Below, in pieces: positions 49,108 through 59,560 of a stretch of 64,000 bases of DNA; within the stretch, counting starts at the first letter, position 1; each line of letters starts with the position of its first letter. Below the pieces are notes generated by a model. The model had not been told where the DNA came from, searched no databases, and saw only the letters and a list, made by a program, of their open reading frames with translations. Both the position numbers and the translations under genes were made by a program. The DNA is from Raillietiella orientalis (taxonomy: Eukaryota): positions 186,001-250,000 of the forward strand of contig JAYWIR010000091.1 of NCBI GenBank assembly GCA_036172245.1. The letters run 5' to 3'.

Positions 49108-51715
49108 CGCCGAAACCTGGAGGAAGTTGATGGAGGGGAAACTGGTCACAGAACTCTCGGACTGAGCGTTTTATTTTGTCCCAGTCAGCGAGAGTCTGCA
49201 GTTCGCAACTACGCAGGAATGCGCGCAGATGTTGGCGCGCTCCTGCGAGTCGCAACCAGTCCCCCGGCAGGCGCCACGCTTCGGAGGGTGGACCTCTGTC
49301 GCGCGGATGAATGTTGATCACTAGCCGAGGGTGATCGGACAGCTCCGACGCAATTGCTCCTCGAGTCCCCACCCGCGTACACAAGTGGTTATCGAAGAAC
49401 ACGTGGTCGATTCTGCTTCTCGCCCCGGCTTCATCGGCCAACAAGTTGCGTGTGTGCATAGCCGCACACAACTCGTTGACCAATTGTGCTCGTATGTCGG
49501 GCGCTTCCGACAGCAGGCGGACGTTGAAGTCTCCCGCTATCAGATGCGCCCGCCGCACGCCTGCTTCGGCCAGCCAGTCTCGCCGCAGGGTTTCGAAGAA
49601 CGCAGTGCATTCTGCGCGCCGGTGGCTGGTGCAGGGCGCGTACAGGTTCGTGACTACGAGGTCGATCGATTCGGGCCACTTAAGGACTAGTTGTCCGACT
49701 CGACCTTCCTCGTCGAACTGTGCACTGCGCACCGCATTGGCGACGGCCGGCTTCAGCAGGAAAGCCACTCCGCGGAAGTGGTCTCCTCAACCACGCCAAA
49801 GTAGCCTCCCTCGTGTGAGCCTCTCGATTTCCTGGACGTCCTCTGCTCTGAGGGCATGCACCTCTTGAAGAAGTGCCAGATCGAAAGGTCGCAGTGTGTC
49901 GGCCACGCTACGCCTCTTGCTCTCGCTACGCAGCCCGTTGACATTTCAACAGGCTATACGCAGCTGCCGGCAAGAGGCGATTCCACGCATCTTACTAGTG
50001 ATGGTGGTGGCGTGTGTATTGCCGCCTCCTGTTCGGGAGGCGGCTGGTCGTTGTCCATCTGCGGTGGTGGCGTTTCGGCAACGACCGGAACGTCTGCAGC
50101 CGGACTGAGGTCGATAGGAAGGACCGACCGGATGCTGTCGATGGAGGGATCCCGCGACCTCGCGGACATCGCCTCCTCGCTATCCGAGCGCATCTCCTCC
50201 TCCTCAGCCTGAGGGGGAGCGACGCGCATAGGGTTGCGCGACTTCCGGCCCGCCTTCCTCTTCGGAAGGGCGACGGTGGGAGGGTTTCTAGCTTCCGCCT
50301 TGGACCCGGAAGTTTCCGGGCCCTTAACTTCCGCCGGACGTCTGACGGCCTTCTTTGCAGCCTTAGGCGACTGCATTAAGGTGGCCGCGAGTTCCTCCGC
50401 CGCCTTCGCGAAGTTTTTCTCGTCGCTGCTGCTCGCGTGTTTGTCGCAGGATTGCTGCGGCGGTTCGGCGGCGTTCGCGACGGTTGCGGGAGTCGCGTTC
50501 GCCGATCGACGCTCGATCGACGGAACGCGCTCGATTGTAACGCGGCATTCCTTTATGGACTCGCGCGGCGAAATTTTTGGTTTGCCGACCGCGGGTTTTT
50601 TGGGAACGCTCGCGTTCTGATTTGTATTACTATTATTTTATTTGTAGAGTTTTTGTTTTTTTTGTGTTTCCTTTGTTTTTTTTTTCGACACGACTTTCCT
50701 GTTTTCCTCGTCGGCAGTTGGCTCAGAAGTCTCCTTTTGAGGCTCCTGCTCCTTGTGCACGACTTCTTCTGAGGTCGGCTGTTGGTCGCTCGTTCTTTGG
50801 TTTACTGCCTTCTTCCCCTGATTTGTCGAAGGGGCTGAAGACGTTTTCGCGGCGTTTTTCGGGCACACAGCACTAGTGTGGCCCTTCGCGCAGGAGGTTG
50901 GGCATATGGCATCCGGGCATCTCTTTTGAAGATGCCCGAATGTGTTGCACAGCCCACAGTATTTTTTCCTCCTTACGTACCAGAGGTCGACGAGGTCGTC
51001 GTTGACTTCAAGCTTGTGAGGAAGTTCTTTATTTTCGCGGAGAGTTACGCGTGCGTCCACTCGCCCACTGAATGCGCCTCGATAAGTGAAGGCGTTGGGC
51101 TTTGACCACATCGCGTATATCTCCGCGAATTTGTTGATTTCAGTGCGGATGGCTTCATCGGTCATCCGCACCGTTGTACCCCTGAGGTGGATCACCATAG
51201 AGTGATCCACCGTGTGTGGGAGGAGATTCCGCCCTTCGAACGGAACGGGCGTGCAGAGCAATTTGTGTGTGAGCGCTGCATCTTTGCAGATCAGCTCCGC
51301 GAACTGCACGCCGCTCCGAATCGAGAAGCAAAGAATCTCCTCGTCAGAGATTTCCATCCTACGGATGGCGTTTCCAAATTTCCGCGTTGTAAGCGGTGAA
51401 TAAAGATTTCCTACCTTGTAAAGGAGGGCTGGGTTGTAGCCCTCCTTTATGTAGGCCTGCACTTTGGCGGCCACGTCCGGCGGAGCCGCCGCGGCCACCT
51501 TGTTCCACGCCCTCGCCGGGATGGCGGGGGCTGATTTTCTGGTGAAGCATGACCCTACCTCCATAGGTTGGGGAGACGTGGGCCTCACGTTTCCCGTCGC
51601 AGGTACTGCGGCGTCTTTAGGCATTTCTGCCTTCCAACGGCCGCACTTCCAATCCACGCAACAACCTCTCTTGGTTCCGCTCACGGGAGCTGACCAAAAA
51701 CGCGTGCGGCACCGG
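49108..51715 (-). mobile_element. Family G: ORF1 (51624-49992) and APE up to the GFG site
   Basis: CGLCNTFGHLQKRC; APE NLYAP, GDFNVRLL, SRIDH, LSDH; ends LPPGFG; 5' end degenerate and approximate. Confidence 0.88.
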
Positions 51716-51730
51716 CGCAGGTTTGCCGCA

Positions 51731-52413
51731 TTCAACAGTGGGTTGCTTGTCCTTAGCAGCTATTTCTACCTTGCGGCGTTCGGCGGGAACGCGTTCCACG
51801 ACGACGCTGCATTCTTTTAAATTCTCGCTAACCTGCTATTTTTTTTTTGGTAGCCGTGTTTTTCTTCAATTCGTCGTTCTTTCTTCGACTTTTTCTTTTT
51901 CGCTGTGGCTTCTTGCCATTCCGACACCTGACCGCCTTTGCCGATCTTTTCGGCATCCGTTGCCGGGGTGTCGGCTGCGTCCTGGACCACGGGTGTGGGT
52001 GGCACAGCTTGAGCGGCAGCCCTCACAGGCAGGCATTTCTGTAGCAGCCGCGCGCGTTTTTTTAAGTTCCTCGCGGAAACCACGCTCACAGCGGATTGTG
52101 GACACACTTCCTTTGTGTGGCCCATTGTCCCGCATACCTGACACTGTACGTTGGGCACCTCCTTTTGAGGTGTCCTGACGTGTTGCAGAAGCCACAGTAT
52201 TTGGGCTTCTCCACGTACCAGAGGTCGACGCTTTCTCCGCCGACCACCAGTTTGTGGGGAAGGGTAGAGCCTTCCCGAACGGTTACACGGGCAGTTGTGA
52301 GGCCGCACTAAATTGTGGTATAGTCCTCGAAAGGACTAGGCTTGTTCCATACTTCATGGACCGTGCCTTCTTTTCCAAACGCGGCGCGTAACTTTTCTTT
52401 CCGCATCCGCGCG
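51731..52413 (-). mobile_element. Family A copy 3: internal ORF1 fragment with its truncated 5' end joined antisense to the AFD codons of element E
   Basis: Colinear with ~32495-33180; junction CCGCATCCGC-GCG-TTCGACAGC with GCG microhomology. Confidence 0.88.
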
Positions 52414-54468
52414 TTCGACAGCGTAAAGCAGGAACTCCTTCTGGAGCTTCTGGGACGCTTGGTCCTCCCAACGCACCTCATCGCATACTTGCGCTCGTGC
52501 TGGCATTGCTGCGTTTCTTTCAACGGAAGCCACGTGTACGGCGTTCCAATACGGCGGGGTATCAGGCTGGGAGACAGCTTAAGTTCCTTGCTCTTCAGCA
52601 TCTTCTTTGATTTGGTGCTGAGGGCGTCCAGTCTGATGCTTTCCAACCTGTCGAGCTCATGCCCGGGAACTCCTGCCGTGGCCCCCTATGCTTTCGATCT
52701 TATCCTGCTGCTACCCATGTCCACCCCGGCGTCCATGCTGGAAGGCTTCTTCGAGTTCATTCGTCGGGGAGCGCTCGTGACAGTCAGCAGAAGTAAATAA
52801 ACCGTTGTGCCGGTTGGTTCCACGAGGGAGGGGCAGTCTGACTGGATCCGCCTTGTGATTTCCCTACGGGCAGGTGCTTGAAATACCTTGGTGTTCCCTT
52901 GGGCGCCTGCAGTCCAGCAGAGGCGTGGTCGGACTGCCTTCACAAGGCCGCGACTGCTCTGGGCTCGTTCCAAGGCGGCAAATTCCTCCTTTTGGAACGG
53001 ACCTTCCTGTGGAACATTTTCTTTGCCCCCCTCCTCCGTTCCCTTTTTTTTGTTTGTCCCCCTCCCTACTCGGCTAAGCGCCGGGTGCAACGCCTGTTCC
53101 GGAACGCCTTGTGGGGACCGGCGAGGTCCAGGATCCCCCTCAAGGACTTGACGGCTACTCGGCTGGATGCAGGATTGGGCATCCTGACGTTGGAGCGGAT
53201 CGCACTGCTAGTGCAGTTCCGCATGCTGGCACTTTGTGTCCAGCTATGGCCTACTCCCTGGTGTGCCCCAACACGGGTGCTGCTGCGCCGCTGCACGGGT
53301 GGCGACGGATTACGTTCCTTGCACCTGCGCACGGAGCGCGTCCGGAGAGGATTCGGCTTCCCCCTGAAGTAGCTCTCCTCGCTCCTTGGGAAGCATTCGT
53401 GAATCTCCTGCCGGCCGACGAACTTCAACTCCTGGAGGCAGCAAGCCTTAACGTTTTGGGCATCGCAACACGATGTTTCCCGTTTGGAACTCCATTGCCT
53501 GAAACTTTCCCCATACGGTCCAGTGGGGGAGGTGCTGGAAGACCAGGACCAGTGGACACGCCTAGCCGCTACGCCACTCGCCGAAGCACTGTGTGCACTG
53601 ATGGTGCGAGATGAAAGTGACCTGCCAGCTAGGTGGGAGATCACTTGCGAAATCGCAGGCGAAACCCGACTGCTGGGCGGCTGGCGGACTTGCGAAGTGG
53701 CAGACGCTGCCACACCTCGCATTCTCGCGAAAGGGCTTCTTCGGTGGAGTGAGCTTCTCGGGGTGCCCACCGATGAACTTGTGGTTCCTTCTGCGTGTTT
53801 GGACGCGACTCTCTTCCCCCTTCGGTGGAAGCGGGACGCTTTTCTGCTGGTGCATTGGGGTTTGTACTGCAACCAGCGGGCGCACCTGATTTCCGGGGGA
53901 GTTGCGTCCCCGAACTGTGCCAAATGCGGAGCGATGGAATCGCTTTCGCATTTGCTGTTTGAATGCGGTGCCCTTCAGGAGCTGTGGCGGCGGCTGTCTT
54001 CAGCGTTCCTGCACCCCGGACACACCGCACTGGATTGGATGCGCCGCTTCTTCACGCGTGGCGGTCTTTCTCTTGGAGCGGTCGTGGCAATCATCTGCTG
54101 CGTCCGCGCCATTGTCAGGGCCCGCCACGTATTGTAGATGCAAGCGTTCCCAACCTCGGTCCCCAATACTGCAGCCTGCAACCTGCAAATTTCTGCCGGG
54201 TGGCTGCACCTCGGAAAAGAAGTAAAAACGGAGATTGCCGGCATTCACCGCAGGTTTTAAGAAACGGAACGGCGAAACTGCATACCCCTATCCCCACCGT
54301 CCCAAACTATTTATTTATCTATTGTCCCTCCCCCTCCTCCCGTTCCGAACTCTCATTGTCCCCGGCCTGGTGCCGGGAACCATTCTTCCAATCATATGTT
54401 CCCCCTGCCTGGGAACCCAGTTCCCAGATGCCTTTAGTAATAAACGTCTTGGCGCAACCGGGTAACAA
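52411..54468 (+). mobile_element. Family E (B-related) 3' half from RT AFD to terminus
   Basis: AFDSVKQELL, GIRLGDSL, KYLGV, CAKCGAMESLSHLLFEC; terminus AATAAACGTCTTGGCGCAACCGGGTA-ACAA. Confidence 0.9.
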
Positions 54469-55590
54469 ACAACGACGCAGCAACTTTTAGTATCTACGCG
54501 GCGCGGTGCATTTTCGCTCCGCTTCGCGCTTTTCCGTGCCTTGGTGGCAGTTTTCTTTTTGCAGTTGACCTCCTGCTAACGAGGCTCTTGGCTGTAGCCC
54601 TCAACCTTTTCTGCGATTTTCGCCGTGGTCTCGGAACTAGCCTTCGTCTCAGTGGCGGAGGTGACCTCCCGAGCTGCAGCACGAGCTGCCAGCTTCTTTT
54701 GTTTCTTAGCCGCGCGCTTTCTCGCGTTTTTTGCGGACGCAACACAGACTGAATTCTGGGGGCACACGAGACGGGTGTGCCCCGCTTGCTTGCAATGCTG
54801 GCACTGCACGCTCGGTTACATCATTTTGAGGTGTCCACAGCTGCTGCAGCAGCCGCAGAACTTATGTTTTCCCACGTACCACACGTCGACGGCTTCACCG
54901 TTGACAGTGAGTTTGTGAGGAAACTCAGATCGCTCGCGTAGTGTGACTCGCACTGCGCCCAGTCCGCCAAGCAACCCGTCGTAGTCCACGAACGTGGTGG
55001 GCTTACCCCTAAGCGCGTGCACGGTCCCCACTTTTTCAATTTCGTTCCGGACGGCCTCCTTGCTCATCCGGTACGTAATGCTGGTCAGGTGGATAATCAC
55101 CGACCGGAAGAAGCCACCGGCTGCCCATTATTACGGGGTTCGGAGAAGTCTCTGCGCAAGAGTTGCCTCCTTGCAGATAACTTCGACGAATTGTCCTCCG
55201 CTTCTTATGGACATTGCCAGAAGCTCCTTTTTTTTGATTCCGTGAACGCGCATCGCCTGCGAAAAGGCGCGCGCGTACTCGGGAGAATACAATCCGCCTA
55301 CCTTATATAAGAGGGAGGATAGTACCCCTCCTCCAGGTAGGCGCGAATCTCCGCCATAACCGCCGCCGTAGGCGCAGCAACCACGGCGTCACAAGCACTA
55401 GGTAGAACCAGGGGCGCATCAGTGGGGCAGGGGCCCCCACTTCCATCTCCTCCTAAGGCAATGGAATCATCGCCCCCGGAATCTCACCGGTGGTAAGATC
55501 AGGCATTGCTACCTTATCCTCCACCCACACAACACAAAACAGCACCGGAAATGAGACCTCAGGAGCAGCGACAGGACACGTCCGTTCGAA
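54469..55590 (-). mobile_element. Family H (A-related): 5' end and partial ORF1 (ATG 55506)
   Basis: 5' TTCGAACGGACGTG; MPDLTT...; CGCCSSCGH and CQHCKQAGHTRLVC knuckles. Confidence 0.88.
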
Positions 55591-56040
55591 GCTCCAGGCT
55601 CTAGAAGATTGGGACCTTCTTAAGGCCTCAGTCCGAGAGTTCCGCGAGTAGTTCTCACAGGACCGCCTGCCCCCCGAATTTGGTGAGGGCACTTGCAAAC
55701 ATCGGGCCTGTTTACTGGCCCGTTGGTACGAGAGAACCTCAAATGTCCGTCGCCTTCCTGAGAACCGCGCCGGAGCCGAAAGCCAAGCCTGGCAATCCGG
55801 ATAGGCCAGCTTGCTCGACGACCAGGGCCGGGAATGTTCGTCCCTGGCGTCGGTACGGCATCTCTTGAGCTGTTTTTATTCCTCTTTTTACGCCAGGAGC
55901 CCCCGGATCGAGATGCCTCTCGGCGTTTGCTTCCGGTTGGTGTCCACGCAATAGGGGAGGAGGAAATGTGACAAGTCTACGAGCCTTTTACCACCGGCGA
56001 AATTGTCGCCGGTATCAAAAGTCTCAAGAAGCCTAAAGCT
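55591..56040 (+). pseudogene. C-like ORF2 linker fragment, host of H, abutting the satellite
   Basis: LQALEDWDLLKASVREF...DRLPP...LLDDQGRECSS...EPFTTGEIVAGIKSLKKPKA; colinear with ~20270-20720. Confidence 0.88.
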
Positions 56041-59000
56041 CGAATCATATCGAACTCAAGATGTGCATCCATTGCACTTCTGCTCTTCTTCAAGAAGCAT
56101 TGATTTGCGGCATGAGGCAAACTACCGTTATGGATCACCGCACAGCCTTGCAATTTCCAGGTTTCAGAGGTGCAATAAGAAGAGACCGACATTTAATCTC
56201 GGCGAGGCACTTTGTAAGCTGTGTTCTTTTCATGGCAACCTGTCTCGGAATTAGAAAGGGAATGTTTTCCTTCGATCTGATTGATTATGCGGTGCAACTT
56301 TACATCATTAACTGGATTGTAATCAATTTGAAATGAGGTGATTTCACCATTGAACTTTTGCGCTTTTTCACGAAGCATCCATTTGCAGTGAGCTGCAAAT
56401 TCACGGAATGCAGCCGCACATCATTGAAATTTCATGGATTCTGAGAATGACTAAGAGGATTCCTACATTTCAATAGAGTGGGGCTCATTGCACATTGTGT
56501 TGTTTTCATAGCTACCAGTGTTGCAGTTAGAAAGGGTATGTTTTCCTTCGATCTAATTCATGATGACGTAAAAATTTGCATCTTTTGTTTGTATGTAATC
56601 AAATCGAACTCAGGATGTTCATCCATTGCACTTTTGCTCTTCTACAGGAAGCATTCATTTGCGGCGTGAGGCAAACTACCGTTGTGGATCAGCGCACAAC
56701 CTAGCAATTTCCTGGTTTCAGAGGTGGAATAAGAAGGGCCCGATATTTCATCTCGGCGGGGCACTTTGTAAGCTGTGTTCTTTTCATGGCAACCCGTCCC
56801 GGAATAAGTAAGAGAATTTTTTCCTTCGATCTGATTCATTATGTGGTGCAACTTTACATCATTTCCTGGATTGTAATCAATTCGCAGTGGGAAGATTTCA
56901 CCATTGAACTTTTGCGCTTTTTCGCAAAGCATCCATTTGCAGTGAGTGGGAAATTCACTGCATGGAGCCGCACATCATTTTAATTTCATGGTTTAGGAAG
57001 ATGACTAAACGGGTTCCCAGATTTCATTATAATGGAGTACTTTGGACTTACTGTTGTTTTCATGGTATCCAGTGTCGCAAGTAGGTAGGGAGTGTTTTCC
57101 TTCGATCCGATTCAGTATGAGGTCCAAATTTACATTTTTTGCTGCCTTGTAATCATTTCGAAATTAGGTGATTTCACCATTGCACTTTTGCGCTTATTTG
57201 CAAAGCATCCATTTTCAGTGAGTGGCAAATTCACAGAATTGCGCCGCACATCATTCCAAGTTTCTGGTTTCAGACTATGAATAAGAAGATTCCTACATTT
57301 AATTAGGGTGGGGCACTTTTGACACTTCGTTGTTTTCATGGCAACCAGCGTCGGAAGAGGAAACGTAGTGTCTTCCTTCGTTCTGATTTATTTTAAGGTA
57401 CAAATTTACATTTTTTGTTGGTTGGTAATCAATTCGAAATGAGGTGGTTCAATCATTGAACTGTTGCGCTTTTTCACGAAGCATCCATTTGCAGTAAGCT
57501 GAAAATTCCCGGAATGGAGCCGCACATCATTTTAATTACATGTTTTAGGAAAATGATTGAACAAGTTCCTAGATGTCCTTATAATGGGGTACTTTGGACT
57601 CTTTGTTGTTTTCTTGGTAACCAGTGTCGCAACTAGGTAGACAGTGTTTTCCTTCGATCTGATTCTTTATGAGGTCCAAATTTACATGTTTCGCTGGTTT
57701 GTTATCAATTCGAAATAAGGTGAACTCACCATTGCAATTTTGCATTTTTTGACGAAGCACCCATTTGCAGTGAGCTGCAAATTCACGGAATGGAGCCGCA
57801 CATCATTCCAATTTCCTGGTTTCAGTGGATGACTAAGAGGATTCCTACATTTCGTTAGAGTGGGCCACTTTGCACTTTGTGTTGTTTTCATGGCTACCAG
57901 TGTTTGAGTTAGAAAAAGTGTGTTTTCCTTGGATCTGATTCATTATAACGTCCATATTTGCATCTTTTGTTGGTTTGTAATCAATTCCAAAACAAGATCT
58001 TCATCCATTGCGCTTTTGCGCTTGTTCAGGGAGCATCCAATCGCAGCGAGATGCAAACAACCGTTATGGATCACCTCACAACCTTGCAATTTCCTGGTTC
58101 CAGAGGTGGAATAAGAAGAGTGCGACATTTCATCTCGGGGGGGCACCTTAAACGCAGTCTTCTTTTCATGGCAACCCATTTTGGAATTAGAAAGGGAATG
58201 TTTTCTTTCGATCTGATTCATTATGTGATGCAAGCTTACATCATTACCTGGTTTGTGAGCAATTAGAATTAAGGATGATTAAGAAGATTCGTAGATTTCA
58301 TTATAATGGGGCACTTTGCAGTCTGTGTTGTTTTCATGGTAACCAGTGTCGCAATTAGGTAGGGAGTGTTTTCCTTCGATCTGATTCATTATGAGGTCCA
58401 AATTTACATCTTTTGCTGGCTTGTAATCAATTGGAAATGAGGTGATTTCACCGTTGCACTTTTGTATTTTTCCACGAAGCACCCATTTGCAGTGAGCTGA
58501 AAATTCACGGAGTGGAGCTGCACATCATTCCAATTTCCTGGTTTCAGAGGATGACTAAGAGGATTCCTACATTTCATTATGGTGGTCCACTTTTGACTCT
58601 GTGCTGTATTCATGGTAACCAGCGTCGGAATTAGAAAGCGAATGTTTTCCTTCAATCTGATTCATTATGTGGTCAAAATTTACATATTTTGAGGGTTGTA
58701 ATCAATTCCAAATCAGGAGATTTCACCATTGCACTTTTCCGCTTTTTCCCGAAACATCTATTTGCAGTGAGCTGCAAATTCACGGAGTGGAGCCACAGAT
58801 CATTCCATTATTTTGGTTTCAGAGGATGACTAAGAGGATTCCTACATTTCAATAGAGTGGGGCACTTTGCACTTTGTGTTATTTTCATGGCTATCAGTGT
58901 TGGGGTTAAAATTGGTATGTTTGCCTTCGATCTGATTCATTATGTTGTCAAAATTAAAATCTTTTGTGGGTTGTAAATAATTCGAAATCACGAGATATCA

Positions 59001-59560
59001 CCATTGCACTTTTGCTCTTTCTCGCGAAGTATCCATTTGCAGTGAGCTGCAAATTCAGGGAATGGAGCCGCACATCATTCCAATTTCCTGGTTTCAGAGG
59101 ATGACTAAGAGGATTCGCACATTTCATTATGGTGAGGCACTTTTTACTCTGTGCTGTTTTCATGGCAACCAACGTCGGAATTAGAAGGCGAATGTTTTCC
59201 TTCGATCTCATTCATTATGTGGTCAAAATTAACAACTTTTAAGGGTTGAAATCAATTAGAAATCAGGACATTTCAACACTGCACTTTTGCTCCTTCTCGA
59301 GAAGCATTCATTTGCAGTGAGCTGCAATTTCACGGAGTGGAGCCGCATATCATTCCAATTTCTTGGTTTCCGAGGATGACTAAGAGGATTCCTACATTTC
59401 ATTTGAGTGGTTCACTTTTGAATCTGTGCTGTTTTCATGGCAACCAGTGTCGGAATTAGAAAGCGAATGTTTTCCTTCGATCTGATTCACGATGTGGTCA
59501 ACATTTACATCTTTTGTGAGTTGTTTTGTGGGTTGTTATCAATTCGAAATCAGGAGATTT
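56041..59560 (+). repeat. Satellite array, left arm, ~275-278 bp monomers of two subtypes
   Basis: TTCGATCTGA-like anchor at 56271, 56547, 56825, 57101, 57377, 57653, 57929, 58207, 58375 (short unit), 58651, 58926, 59201, 59476. Confidence 0.97.

Noticed and set aside
51700..51735. CGGCAAACCTG upstream of family G as a GFG-type TSD
   Set aside because: Resembles CGCCGAAACCTGG, but both it and the 5' motif are too degenerate to support the call.
1..56040. Hundreds of short six-frame ORFs as independent genes
   Set aside because: They are frameshifted pieces, alternative frames or antisense shadows of GC-rich retrotransposon ORFs.
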